NCBI GenBank assembly: GCA_964600615.1
Contig: CAZRJK010000003.1
Location: 11,142-75,141, forward strand
Origin: an uncultured Muribaculaceae bacterium
Lineage (GTDB): Bacteria; Bacillota_I; Bacilli_A; RF39; UBA660
Reading direction: 5' to 3'
Length of the DNA stretch: 64,000 nt
The notes beneath the pieces are model-generated. The model was not told the origin of the DNA. It did no database searches and saw nothing but the letters and a program-made list of their open reading frames with translations. Each line of letters opens with the position of its first letter. Position 1 is the stretch's first letter. The position numbers and the translations under genes were made by a program. Shown in pieces: positions 19,667-29,807 of this stretch.

Positions 19667-20765
19667 ATTTGTGTTTTGGTACTTGTTGAGTAATACAGTG
19701 AATATTCCCTCCACCAAGTAATATTTCTCTGGCATAAATTGCTTCTATTTTTCTATCTGGGTATAATTCTTGTAATGTTTCAATTGCTTTTTCATCCATT
19801 GGATCATTAAATACTGGTAGGGCTATGAAACCGTTACCTGTTAGATAGTTTACATATGAAGCAGCCATGCGGTCTCCTTCGTTTCTTGGAATTGTTCCTT
19901 CGACATAATCTATACCACCGCTTTCTTCTTTTGTTATAAATTGTGGTGATGGGCAATATAATTTATGTATTTTTAATTTTCTGCCTCTAGCATCTTTTAC
20001 TTTGCTTAGGTATTCATAATCTTCTCTGCTTATTTTGTATTGAGGATCATTTTTATGGTCTGACCACGCTAATACTACTTCTCCTGGTTTTACGAAGTTA
20101 CAGATATTATCGACATGTCCGTTAGTATCAATATCATTATACAATCCTTTTGGTATCCATAATACTTTTTCTACATTAAGATATTCTTTTAGGATTTTTT
20201 CAATTTGTTTCTTTGTTAGTTGTGGGTTTCTTCCAGGCGAAAGAAGTGTTTCTTCTGTAACCATACATGTTCCTTCACCATCTACATGAAATGATCCACC
20301 TTCGCAAACAAAGTCTCTTATTTGATAGTAGTCTACACTTTCAATTTCGCTCATTTTTTGTCCTATGCATTCATCAAAGTCCCATGGGAAATATATTCCA
20401 TCATAGAATCCTCCATAGGCGTTAAATCCCCAATCAATTCCACGCATTATGCCTTTTTTATTTACTATAAATGTTGCTCCAGTATCTCTTACCCATGAAT
20501 CATTATTGGATAATTCTAATACTCTAACGTTATCTGGCAACATATTTCTAGCGTTAGCATATTGATCACGATTTACTAACATAGTCATTTTTTCATATTT
20601 TGCAATTGTACTTGCGACTTTAACAAATACTTCTTGAGCTGGTTTAGCTCCATTTCTCCAGTTATCTGTTCTTTGTGGCCATAGCATGTATACTCCTTCT
20701 TGTTCTTCAAATTCTCCAGGCATTCTGAAACCATCATGCTTTGGAGTTGTTTTTAATCTTTTCAT
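19665..20765 (-). CDS. aguA: Agmatine deiminase (copy 2 in transcription order)
   Basis: TPKHDGFRMPGEFEEQ...NNDSWVRDTG...GGGNIHCITQQ. By eye it is close to E. faecalis AguA. Confidence 0.9.
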   Translation of the reverse strand: MKRLKTTPKHDGFRMPGEFEEQEGVYMLWPQRTDNWRNGAKPAQEVFVKVASTIAKYEKMTMLVNRDQYANARNMLPDNVRVLELSNNDSWVRDTGATFIVNKKGIMRGIDWGFNAYGGFYDGIYFPWDFDECIGQKMSEIESVDYYQIRDFVCEGGSFHVDGEGTCMVTEETLLSPGRNPQLTKKQIEKILKEYLNVEKVLWIPKGLYNDIDTNGHVDNICNFVKPGEVVLAWSDHKNDPQYKISREDYEYLSKVKDARGRKLKIHKLYCPSPQFITKEESGGIDYVEGTIPRNEGDRMAASYVNYLTGNGFIALPVFNDPMDEKAIETLQELYPDRKIEAIYAREILLGGGNIHCITQQVPKHK

Positions 20766-20782
20766 AATTCCCTTCTTTCTTC

Positions 20783-21877
20783 TTATTTTGGCTGTTGTTG
20801 AGTAATGCAGTGAATATTTCCTCCACCATATATTACTTCTTTTGAAAATACACCAACTATATCTTTATCTGGAAAGATACTCTTTAATTGTTTAATAGCT
20901 AATCTATCATTTTCATCACCAAATTGAGGGACAACTACTGCATCATTAGTGATTAAAAAGTTCATGTAAGATGCTACACATGGTTCTCCTTCTTCTCTTG
21001 GTTTACTTCCATCTACGCAATCAATTTTAAAATCTTTGCCTATTTTTACATCTTCTTTCGGCATACATAACTTATGAACTTTTAGTTTTCTTCCTTTGGC
21101 ATCTGTCTCGTTTATTAATTTATTATAAGCATCTTGGCATGCTTTATAATAAGGATTCTTTTCATCATCCGTCCAGATACAAATAACTTCTCCTGGTCTG
21201 GCAAAGCAGGCAACATCATCTACGTGTCCATTTGTTTCGTTTGGATCTATTCCATCTTTAATCCAAATTATTTTTTCTAGATTTAAGTATTCTTTTAGTT
21301 TTTGTTCTATTTGATTTTTATCTAGATGGGGGTTTCTTCCTTTAGATAGTAGGCACATTTCAGTAGTAAGTAATGTTCCTTCACCATCTACAGATATTGA
21401 TCCACCTTCTAGAACGAAGTTTTTTACTTTGTAACAGTATTGTTCTTCTATTTCACATACTTTTTCTGGAATTGCATCATCTTTATCCCAAGGAAAATAT
21501 AATCCATCATATAAGCCGCCCCAGGCGTTGAAATCCCAATCGACGCATCTTACTTCGCCAGTTTTATCCTTTTTGACGAATGTTGGTCCACAATCGCGCA
21601 TCCATGCATCGTTATTAGACATTTCTACTACTCTAATATCTTCAGGTAGCATACGTCTACAATTAGCAAATTGTTCATGAGAGACACACATTGTTACTGG
21701 AGTATATTTTGATATTACTGTAGCAATATTTTTATATGCTTCTTGGGCTGGTTTTGCTCCGTTACGCCAATTATCTGGTCTTTCAGGCCAAATCATCCAT
21801 ATTCTTTTATGTGGTTCAAATTCTCCTGGCATTCTAAAACCATCTTTTTTAGGTGTACTATTAACTATTCTTTTCAT
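20783..21877 (-). CDS. aguA: Agmatine deiminase (copy 1 in transcription order)
   Basis: TPKKDGFRMPGEFEPH...NNDAWMRDCGPTF...GGGNIHCITQQ. Confidence 0.9.
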   Translation of the reverse strand: MKRIVNSTPKKDGFRMPGEFEPHKRIWMIWPERPDNWRNGAKPAQEAYKNIATVISKYTPVTMCVSHEQFANCRRMLPEDIRVVEMSNNDAWMRDCGPTFVKKDKTGEVRCVDWDFNAWGGLYDGLYFPWDKDDAIPEKVCEIEEQYCYKVKNFVLEGGSISVDGEGTLLTTEMCLLSKGRNPHLDKNQIEQKLKEYLNLEKIIWIKDGIDPNETNGHVDDVACFARPGEVICIWTDDEKNPYYKACQDAYNKLINETDAKGRKLKVHKLCMPKEDVKIGKDFKIDCVDGSKPREEGEPCVASYMNFLITNDAVVVPQFGDENDRLAIKQLKSIFPDKDIVGVFSKEVIYGGGNIHCITQQQPK

Positions 21878-21929
21878 AAAATCACCTTATTTAAATTTAT
21901 AGGAACCCTTGAAGGATTCCTATAAATAA

Positions 21930-23336
21930 TTATTTTTCTTTTATTCTTGCTACTAATATTTCTTCACAAATAAATGATAATACTACACCTACAATTAGAG
22001 GTATATTATCTTGAAGATATTCTTTAGAAAAGTCTCCGAAGATTGTAAATACTATACCAGCAATTAATATTACAAATGGTACCCATGCCATTACTTTTAT
22101 CATTGCATCACTACCAGGTACTTTGTATGGTCTTTCTTTATTTGGTTCAGTTTTTCTTAGTTTTAAGAAAGCTAAGAACATTGGAATATATCCAACTAAT
22201 AATGTTATCCAGCTTAAGCAGAAGAATAAGCTAAATGTTGCTCCAATATCTGGATTTATTGCATTTGCTACAATTCCAATTATTACTATTATTGAAGCTA
22301 CAACGCCATTTATAATTGCGGCTTTATAAGGTACTCCTTCTTCGTTTACTGGAGTAAACATTTTTGGCATACTTCCATCTTCAGCAGCATATTTTGCTAC
22401 TTCATTAACCCCGAATGACCATGATGCTATATTTGCTATAAATGTATAGATAAACATAAATCCAGCTACTACAACGATAAATTTGATTGAAGCTGCACTT
22501 AATCCTACAGCGGTAAATAATGCTGTTAATACTTCTACAACGTTTTCAGGATCCATTTCTCCAACTACTTCTGGTGATAATGCAATATTAAATCCAGTTG
22601 CTGGTAAGATATAGAATATTGCCATTAATAATCCTCCAAAGATTAAGGCTTTAGGGATATCTTTTTTAGGGTCATCCATATCGTCTGTCCATGTTCCTAC
22701 TACTTCAAATCCCATAAAGTTAAATAATATAATTGAAATAAATGGTAGACCAGTATCTATATTTAATGATAAATCTGGTAATAAATCTTTAAAGCTTGTT
22801 ATTGGATTAGCACTTTCTCCAGTTTTAATAACTGTATAAATTCCTAATAATCCAATTCCTAATAATAGTATTATTTTTAATGCTGTTCCTAAATTAACTA
22901 CATATTTGCTTTCACCAATTCTTTTTGTTGATAAGAACGTTACTATCCATACATAAAGTAATTGTAATATTAATAATGTTACAACACTTAATTCAAGATC
23001 GAACATTCCTGCTACTATATCTGTAACTGCTACAGCTAGTGAAGCTATCCATAATGGGAAGTTTACCCAGTAGTTCCAAGCTACACGTCCAGCCCATTTA
23101 GGACCAAATGCTCTTTTTACCCAATCATACATTCCCCCTTCACTTGGATATGTTGTTCCAAGTTCTGCTGATATCATACCATATGGTACACAGAATGCAA
23201 TTAGTAAGAATATCCACCAGAAATATTGGCTATTTCCTATGGCAGCTGTTGGCATTACTGATTCACATACTAGAGTTAAACATACTGTGCCTAATATGGC
23301 ATCAACTAATTTAAATTTTTTCTTTCCTTTTTCCAT
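21930..23336 (-). CDS. aguD: APC-family amino acid permease, probable agmatine:putrescine antiporter
   Basis: About 12 TM segments. It lies between ptcA and aguA, as in characterised AgDI clusters. Confidence 0.75.
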   Translation of the reverse strand: MEKGKKKFKLVDAILGTVCLTLVCESVMPTAAIGNSQYFWWIFLLIAFCVPYGMISAELGTTYPSEGGMYDWVKRAFGPKWAGRVAWNYWVNFPLWIASLAVAVTDIVAGMFDLELSVVTLLILQLLYVWIVTFLSTKRIGESKYVVNLGTALKIILLLGIGLLGIYTVIKTGESANPITSFKDLLPDLSLNIDTGLPFISIILFNFMGFEVVGTWTDDMDDPKKDIPKALIFGGLLMAIFYILPATGFNIALSPEVVGEMDPENVVEVLTALFTAVGLSAASIKFIVVVAGFMFIYTFIANIASWSFGVNEVAKYAAEDGSMPKMFTPVNEEGVPYKAAIINGVVASIIVIIGIVANAINPDIGATFSLFFCLSWITLLVGYIPMFLAFLKLRKTEPNKERPYKVPGSDAMIKVMAWVPFVILIAGIVFTIFGDFSKEYLQDNIPLIVGVVLSFICEEILVARIKEK

Positions 23337-23348
23337 AATTTACTCCTA

Positions 23349-24335
23349 TTAAATTCCTAAATTCTTTTTGCAAATTTCTTCAGTTTCTTCTTTTTTACCC
23401 ATGAAGTATACAAGTAATCCTCTCATTGCTGTTAATCTATTTTCTGCTTCATCAAAACAAATTGATACTTTTGGATCATCCATAACCTCATCAGTTACTT
23501 CTTCTCCTCTAGTTGCTGGTAGGCAGTGCATAAATTTGACATTTGGTGAGCATTTTTTTAACATTTCATGATTTACTTGATATTTTGGATAAAATATTTT
23601 CATTCTTTCTTCTTTTGGAAGTTCTGATTCATATAATCCATACCATACATCTGTATAGATAAAATCAGCATCTTTTAGTGCTTCTTCTTCATTATCAGTA
23701 ATTAAATAACTTCCACCACTTACTTTGCAGTTTTCTTCTAATGCTTCTACGTAATCTCCTTTTAGTTGGAATCCTTCTGGTCCAAAGTGTACATAATGTC
23801 CACCCATTTTTGTAATCATCATGCCCAAAGATGCGCATACTTGAGTACAATCTCCAACAAAAACCACTTTGCAATCTTCAATTTTTTTACCTTCTGGCAT
23901 ATGCTCAAAGATTGTTATGATATCACCCATTTCTTGTGTTGGATGATTGTAATCACTCATACCATTTAAAACTGGTACTGTTGAATATTTTGCAAGTTCT
24001 TCTACTGTCTTGTGTTGTTGTACACGAGCCATTATGATATCTGTTAATCTTGAAAGTACTATTGATGTATCTTTCATACTTTCGTGTTTACCAAGTTGTA
24101 TTTGGCCTGGTGCTAGATATTGAGCATGTCCGCCTAGTTGTGTCATGGCTGTTTCAAATGAAACACGAGTTCTAGTAGATGATTGCTCAAATATCATTCC
24201 TAATGTTTTATGGTATAAAACATTAAGAGGATAACCCGCTTTAATATTCTTTTTGATTAGAATACTCAAATTTAGAATATCTAACAATTCTTCTTTCGTA
24301 AAATCTTGAGTTGTAATGTAATCTTTAACTCTCAT
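23349..24335 (-). CDS. ptcA: Putrescine carbamoyltransferase
   Basis: Very close by eye to E. faecalis PTCase ([65 protein letters not shown]). The start MRVKDY at 24335 is preceded by GGAGGAGAG. Confidence 0.92.
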   Translation of the reverse strand: MRVKDYITTQDFTKEELLDILNLSILIKKNIKAGYPLNVLYHKTLGMIFEQSSTRTRVSFETAMTQLGGHAQYLAPGQIQLGKHESMKDTSIVLSRLTDIIMARVQQHKTVEELAKYSTVPVLNGMSDYNHPTQEMGDIITIFEHMPEGKKIEDCKVVFVGDCTQVCASLGMMITKMGGHYVHFGPEGFQLKGDYVEALEENCKVSGGSYLITDNEEEALKDADFIYTDVWYGLYESELPKEERMKIFYPKYQVNHEMLKKCSPNVKFMHCLPATRGEEVTDEVMDDPKVSICFDEAENRLTAMRGLLVYFMGKKEETEEICKKNLGI

Positions 24336-24428
24336 CTCTCCTCCTTCTATTATTACTTTTAGTATAGCACAAATGATATTCCATTTCAATTAAAATTATA
24401 AAAAAAATAAAAGAATTATATCTTTTAT

Positions 24429-24617
24429 TTATCTCAATCTAAAATTAGAAATTTCTGCTTCTTTTTCTTGTTTATTTGCTATCATATTTACGTTTTCTGT
24501 AACTGCGGCTGCCACTATATGAACTAATTTATTTTGTGTTTCTCCATCTAAAAGCTTAAATATTGTTGGGCTATTTGCTACATTAATTAAGTCTTGAATA
24601 GTTAATTTTGTTTCCAT
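24429..24617 (-). CDS. Hypothetical small protein (62 aa)
   Basis: Strong RBS (AAGGAGGATAATA-ATG). No recognisable motif. Confidence 0.5.
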   Translation of the reverse strand: METKLTIQDLINVANSPTIFKLLDGETQNKLVHIVAAAVTENVNMIANKQEKEAEISNFRLR

Positions 24618-24690
24618 TATTATCCTCCTTATTTAATTAAATTATAACATATTTTTTCCGTTATATGTATTTTTTTAATTATTTGTTAAT

Positions 24691-25350
24691 TTATTTGTAT
24701 TTAATTCCTCTATTTACTTTTATATATTTTTTAGATTTGGTAATATTTAATAATTTTTCTTCATCAAACCATTTACATGAGAATGTATCTATAGTTGTTT
24801 TCTCTTTTTCCCTATGGATAGAAATATGGGATTCTGCTATTGGTTGCAACAAATCATATTCATATTCATTTTTTTTGTTTTCTATTACTTCTCTTATTGG
24901 TGTCATTTCTATTTCTGTTAAAATGTTATCGATTAATTTTTTAGATTCATTAAATGTTAAGGTATTGGCATCTCTAATTATTATATGCTTTCCAAATTTT
25001 CCTTCGATATCGTTTTTTTGACATAAATCATAATCTTTAGTTGGATAAATATCTAAGGCCATATTTTTAATATTATTATGATTTTTTTCTGCTCCAAAAT
25101 AATCTAAAAAATATGTGTTTTTATAGCAAAAAGTATGACAAGTAAAATGAGAATTATCTCCTAATATTATCCCACTTACGCCACCATCTTCTTTTATTTT
25201 ACCTTTAAAGTATGGGATTATTACAACTTTTCCTTTGTTATTAAAGATTATTTTGTTGATATTATCGATAAAAATATGCATTCTTTCCACATTTGATAAT
25301 AATTCACTATTTATATTGTATCCATCTAAAAAGAAATGTTTGCTATTCAT
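24691..25350 (-). CDS. Tandem-duplicated S-adenosylmethionine-decarboxylase-fold (pyruvoyl enzyme) protein
   Basis: There are two SpeD/SpeH-like halves. The N-half has GVSGIILGDNSHFTCHTF. The C-half has the canonical LLQPIAESHISIH self-processing motif. Each half opens with a (S/G)KH...(L/I) segment like single-domain AdoMetDC. Confidence 0.7.
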   Translation of the reverse strand: MNSKHFFLDGYNINSELLSNVERMHIFIDNINKIIFNNKGKVVIIPYFKGKIKEDGGVSGIILGDNSHFTCHTFCYKNTYFLDYFGAEKNHNNIKNMALDIYPTKDYDLCQKNDIEGKFGKHIIIRDANTLTFNESKKLIDNILTEIEMTPIREVIENKKNEYEYDLLQPIAESHISIHREKEKTTIDTFSCKWFDEEKLLNITKSKKYIKVNRGIKYK

Positions 25351-25360
25351 ATTTACTACC

Positions 25361-27448
25361 TTACTTTCTATATTGGCTATACTCTTCTATTCTTTTTATA
25401 TATGAGTCTAGCTCAAAATCTATATCTGATAAATCTTTTAATATTTTTAAGGTTACTTTGTTATATTCTTTTAAATCTTCTATTTTTTTATTTGTTAATT
25501 CTAATTTATGCTTATTTATTATATCTAGTAATTCTTTTTTTATTTCTTCATGTATTTCTTTATCTAGGCCTTTTAATTTATTAATTATTTCTGATACATA
25601 TATAGTTACTATATCATGTCTTTCTTCTTTGTTATCTAAATTAACTTTACCTTCTTTAATTATATCTAGGCTATTATCTAATTGTTCTATTAGATTACCA
25701 TCTTTTATATATTCTCCTTCATATTTATCTAAGTAAGCATATTTATTTATTTCATCTAATAAAGATTGAATATCTTCTCTTATTTCTTTTTCCATATCTT
25801 CTATTGTTATACTTCTTAATTTTTTTTCATCATGTAATATGTCATTTAGTAAATATATATAATTTTTCTTTTTAGTAATAAATTTATTTTTTAATTCTTC
25901 TTTATATTTGCTTTCGGATAATTTATTTATTACGTATTCAATATTATTAAATAAATTCTTTATATCATTATTATCTATAAATTCTGTTACTTCTCTTGCA
26001 GAAAGTACTTTATCTAGTAATTCTTTAAATGGTTTCCTTTTTTCGGCTGTATTTGCTACTTCATCATAGATAGTATTTAATTCTTTTCTTAATTCTAATT
26101 CATAATCTATTTGATTATTTAATGGGATTTTATCTTTTAGGATGTTTTCAAATTCATTACTAGCGAGTTCTAGTGTTTTATCAATAATATTTTTTAATCT
26201 ATCTAAATAACTTTCTCTTTTATCATCAGGTAAGAATTTACAATAATAGACTATATTTTTAATCATATTTTCTAGATTACTATCTTCTTTTTCTAATTTT
26301 TTAATATCCATATTTAAATATTCTTTATACTTCGATATATCAGATATTTTTTGAATTAAACTTTGTTCTCTTGCTAAGCTTAATTTTATTAATTCTAGAT
26401 CAGATAATAATTGGGGTTTTAGAGTAGTTATATCTTTTTTCCCAAATTTTAATTCCGTTTCTTCTTTTAACTTAGGTTTTAATAATTCTAGATTTTGTTT
26501 GTAGTCATCTAATAGTTTATTTATTCTAGTAATTATTATTTTTCTATTAGTTTCATCTAGATTTTCACATATTTTAGTTATTTCATCTACTTTTTCTTTT
26601 ATTTCTTTATCTTCTGTATTGTCTTGGGGTTTAGTTTTTTCTTCTTCATAAATGATATATTCTTGATTATCTTTATCTATTATTTTTGATATTTTATTCT
26701 TTTCTTCTTCAGATAATTCTTTTCCTTTAAGGATTAATGCTGTAGTTCTGTTAGTCAAATGATTTCCTAAAACGTCAAGTACTGAATGTGTACTAATCGT
26801 TCTATTAATTAACATATGATTCTTTTTGAAAAAACTATATAAATCTGTGAAATCTTTATATGTAACAATTACTTTTTCTAAATAAGTGCAGGTAGAAAAA
26901 TCGCATCTTATTTTGGCAGTTGATGGTATTGTTAGTGATTTTAGGCTTATGCAACTTGCAAAGGCATTTTCATTAATAAAGTCTACTTCTTCTGGTATTG
27001 TTACTGTTTGTAGATTAATACATCTGAAAAATAATCCTTCGCTTATTACTTTTAGATTTTTGGGTAAATCAATATGTTCAAGGTTTTCACATCCAGAAAA
27101 GCAACTTATACCTATTTCTTTTACTATATTAGGTATTTCTATTTTCTTTAATTCTTGGCAATCATAAAAAGCATAGTCTCTAATTTCCAATAGACCTTTA
27201 GGAAGGCTAATTTCTTTTAATGATCCACTTTTCGCAAAGGCATAGGGGGCAATTAATTTTAGATTTGGTGATAAGGCTATATGTCTTAGTGATGAATATG
27301 CGAAGCAATCTTCCCCAATTGCTTCTATTTTGGGTGACATGCGATAAAATACTCCCCTAAATATTGAACTTTTTCTAATTGTTTTTAATGTTACGTGTTC
27401 ATCTTCTATTATGTAGTCTTTATCTTCTATCTTAAAAATTAATCCCAT
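25361..27448 (-). CDS. Leaderless BspA-type LRR plus long coiled-coil protein, paralogue A
   Basis: About 190 aa of roughly 23-residue repeats (IxIPxxVxxIGxxxFxxCxxLxxI), then about 500 aa of K/E/D/N-rich helical sequence. No signal peptide or TM. The stop lies 10 nt upstream of the AdoMetDC-like start. Confidence 0.8.
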   Translation of the reverse strand: MGLIFKIEDKDYIIEDEHVTLKTIRKSSIFRGVFYRMSPKIEAIGEDCFAYSSLRHIALSPNLKLIAPYAFAKSGSLKEISLPKGLLEIRDYAFYDCQELKKIEIPNIVKEIGISCFSGCENLEHIDLPKNLKVISEGLFFRCINLQTVTIPEEVDFINENAFASCISLKSLTIPSTAKIRCDFSTCTYLEKVIVTYKDFTDLYSFFKKNHMLINRTISTHSVLDVLGNHLTNRTTALILKGKELSEEEKNKISKIIDKDNQEYIIYEEEKTKPQDNTEDKEIKEKVDEITKICENLDETNRKIIITRINKLLDDYKQNLELLKPKLKEETELKFGKKDITTLKPQLLSDLELIKLSLAREQSLIQKISDISKYKEYLNMDIKKLEKEDSNLENMIKNIVYYCKFLPDDKRESYLDRLKNIIDKTLELASNEFENILKDKIPLNNQIDYELELRKELNTIYDEVANTAEKRKPFKELLDKVLSAREVTEFIDNNDIKNLFNNIEYVINKLSESKYKEELKNKFITKKKNYIYLLNDILHDEKKLRSITIEDMEKEIREDIQSLLDEINKYAYLDKYEGEYIKDGNLIEQLDNSLDIIKEGKVNLDNKEERHDIVTIYVSEIINKLKGLDKEIHEEIKKELLDIINKHKLELTNKKIEDLKEYNKVTLKILKDLSDIDFELDSYIKRIEEYSQYRK

Positions 27449-27600
27449 GCTATACCTTCTTTCTTTTTTGCATTATTGTTTTTGTTTTTTTATTTGCTAT
27501 AACTATTATATTCTTCTAATTCTTTAGTGTATAAGTTAATTTTCAACTTTAGTCCTGCTATTTCTTTTAATATTTCTAAAGTTATTTTATTGTATTCTTT
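27324..27600. repeat. 277-nt direct repeat, copy 1 (5' end of paralogue A, intergenic, 3' end of paralogue B)
   Basis: By eye identical base-for-base to 29456..29732 (offset 2132 nt). Confidence 0.85.
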
Positions 27601-29580
27601 TAGACTTTCTATCTTTTTGTCACTTAATCTATTTAGATTATTGTTTATTATTTGTGTTAATTCTTTTTTTATAGTTCTTTTTATTTCATCATCAAATAAT
27701 TCTTGATTGTTTATCTTTATTATTATTTCTGCTACATATGATGTTATAGCTTGATTTTTATAATCTTTTTCATTTATTACTTCTTTATTATTTATTAGTT
27801 CTATACTTTCTCTTAATTGAGTTATTATGTTACTATTGGTAAATAGTTCTCCTTCATATTGATCTAATCTAGCATAATTGTTTATTAATTCTAATAAAGG
27901 ATGTAAATATTTTCTTATTTCTTGTTCTATATCTTCATATGTTATACTTCTTAATTTATTTTTATCTTTCATTATTTTATCAAGTAATTTTATATATTTT
28001 TCTTTTGTTTTACTATATATATTTTTTAAATCTTCTTTATATTTACTATTTGATAGTTTATCTATTATATAATTAATATTACCTATTAGACTGGCTAAAT
28101 CATCATTTTCTTTATATTCTGTTTCATCGGTAGATATTAGTTTATCATATAATAGTTTAAATGGTTTTAGTTTTTCTCCCTCATTAACTACCTTATCATA
28201 TATTTCAGTTATTTTTGTTCTTAATTCTAATTCATAATCTATATTATCATTTAATTTTATTTTATTATCAAGGACATTTTCAAATTCGTTGCTAGCTTGT
28301 TCTAATGTTTTATCTATTATTGTCTTTAGTCTATCTAGGTAATTATTCTTTTTATCATCTGTTAAAAATTGTGAATAATATACTATATTTTTAATTAGAT
28401 TATCTAGGGTATATTCATCTTTTCCTAATTCTGTTATATCTATCTTTAAATATTCTTTATACTTTGATATATCAGATATTTTTTTAATTAGATTTTGTTC
28501 TCTTGAAAGTTTTAATTTTATTGAATCTAAGTTTGCTAAAAGATTGGGTTTTAGTGTTGTTATATTCTTTTTATATGTTCCAAATGGAGTTTCTTCTCCA
28601 AATTTTGGTTTTAATGCTTTTTGATCTTCTTCATATTCTTTAATTAATTTATTTACTTTATCTAATATTATTTCTTTATTAGCATTATCTAATTTATCAC
28701 ATATTTTAATTATTTCGTCTACTTTTTCTTTTATTTCTTTATCTTCTGTATTGTCTTGGGGTTTAGTTTTTTCTTCTTCATAAATGATATATTCTTGATT
28801 ATCTGTATTTAATAATTCTGTTATTTTATTCTTTTCTTCTTTTGATAATTCTGATCCTTTTAGAAATAAGTGTGTTGTTATTTTTGGTAAGGGAATTCTT
28901 TGGGCGGTGAATACTGTTCGTTTACCAATAGTTTCGTTAATTAGGTCTATGTTCATTTTGAAAAAATTATATAGATCTTTGAAATCTTTGTATGTCACAG
29001 TTATTCCCTCTAAAAAAATGCAGGTAGTAAAATCACAATTTATTTTGGCGGTTGATGGAATTGTTAGCGATCTTATCCTGAAACAATTTGTGAAGGCTTT
29101 CTTATCAATTAATTTTACTTTTTCTGGTAGTGTTACTATTTTTAAATCTTCACAGCCAAAGAATAAACATCTACTTATTTCTTTCATGTCTTGGGGTAAT
29201 TTAATTTGTTCAAGGGCTTTACAATAGGCAAAACATTCGGAACCTATTTCTTTTACGGAATTTGGTATTTCTATTTTTTTTAATTTATGACAATTATCAA
29301 AAGCATAATCTCTAATTTCTGATAAACCTTGAGGAAGTCGAATTTCTTCTAATGATTCACTTCTCATAAAGGCACCAGGGGCAATTATTTTTAGATTTGG
29401 TGATAAGGCTATATGTCTTAGAGATGAATATGCAAAACAATTTTCTCCGATTGCCTCTATTTTGGGTGACATGCGATAAAATACTCCCCTAAATATTGAA
29501 CTTTTTCTAATTGTTTTTAATGTTACGTGTTCATCTTCTATTATGTAGTCTTTATCTTCTATCTTAAAAATTAATCCCAT
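27490..29580 (-). CDS. Leaderless BspA-type LRR plus long coiled-coil protein, paralogue B
   Basis: Same architecture as A and C. Its first 46 aa match A. Its central roughly 330 aa are nearly identical to C. Confidence 0.8.
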   Translation of the reverse strand: MGLIFKIEDKDYIIEDEHVTLKTIRKSSIFRGVFYRMSPKIEAIGENCFAYSSLRHIALSPNLKIIAPGAFMRSESLEEIRLPQGLSEIRDYAFDNCHKLKKIEIPNSVKEIGSECFAYCKALEQIKLPQDMKEISRCLFFGCEDLKIVTLPEKVKLIDKKAFTNCFRIRSLTIPSTAKINCDFTTCIFLEGITVTYKDFKDLYNFFKMNIDLINETIGKRTVFTAQRIPLPKITTHLFLKGSELSKEEKNKITELLNTDNQEYIIYEEEKTKPQDNTEDKEIKEKVDEIIKICDKLDNANKEIILDKVNKLIKEYEEDQKALKPKFGEETPFGTYKKNITTLKPNLLANLDSIKLKLSREQNLIKKISDISKYKEYLKIDITELGKDEYTLDNLIKNIVYYSQFLTDDKKNNYLDRLKTIIDKTLEQASNEFENVLDNKIKLNDNIDYELELRTKITEIYDKVVNEGEKLKPFKLLYDKLISTDETEYKENDDLASLIGNINYIIDKLSNSKYKEDLKNIYSKTKEKYIKLLDKIMKDKNKLRSITYEDIEQEIRKYLHPLLELINNYARLDQYEGELFTNSNIITQLRESIELINNKEVINEKDYKNQAITSYVAEIIIKINNQELFDDEIKRTIKKELTQIINNNLNRLSDKKIESLKEYNKITLEILKEIAGLKLKINLYTKELEEYNSYSK
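27814..28745. repeat. About 0.9-kb near-identical block shared by paralogues B and C (copy in B)
   Basis: Matches 30150..31081 at a constant offset of 2336 nt. The antisense ORFs 27878..28072 and 30214..30408 are identical as a result. Confidence 0.85.
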
Positions 29581-29732
29581 GCTATACCTTCTTTCTTTTT
29601 TGCATTATTGTTTTTGTTTTTTTATTTGCTATAACTATTATATTCTTCTAATTCTTTAGTGTATAAGTTAATTTTCAACTTTAGTCCTGCTATTTCTTTT
29701 AATATTTCTAAAGTTATTTTATTGTATTCTTT
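29456..29732. repeat. 277-nt direct repeat, copy 2 (5' end of paralogue B, intergenic, 3' end of remnant ORF)
   Basis: Identical by eye to 27324..27600. Confidence 0.85.
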
Positions 29733-29750
29733 TTTAAAGAATAGGCCCAT
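29622..29750 (-). pseudogene. Internally deleted remnant of an LRR/coiled-coil paralogue (42-aa ORF)
   Basis: Minus strand encodes MGLFFKKEYNKITLEILKEIAGLKLKINLYTKELEEYNSYSK. This is a family N-terminus (MGLxFK) joined directly to the last 35 residues of paralogue B. Confidence 0.7.
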
Positions 29751-29807
29751 TTTGATCACTCTTTTCTTTTATTTTCTATGTTTTTAATTTTTTGACATAT
29801 AAGTTTA

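Noticed and set aside
27878-28072. Identical 64-aa plus-strand ORFs at 27878..28072 and 30214..30408, which might look like a conserved antisense gene
   Set aside because: Their identity follows from the ~0.9-kb duplicated block shared by LRR paralogues B and C. The translation is low-complexity (F/L/I/S-rich), as expected for the antisense of a K/E-rich gene.
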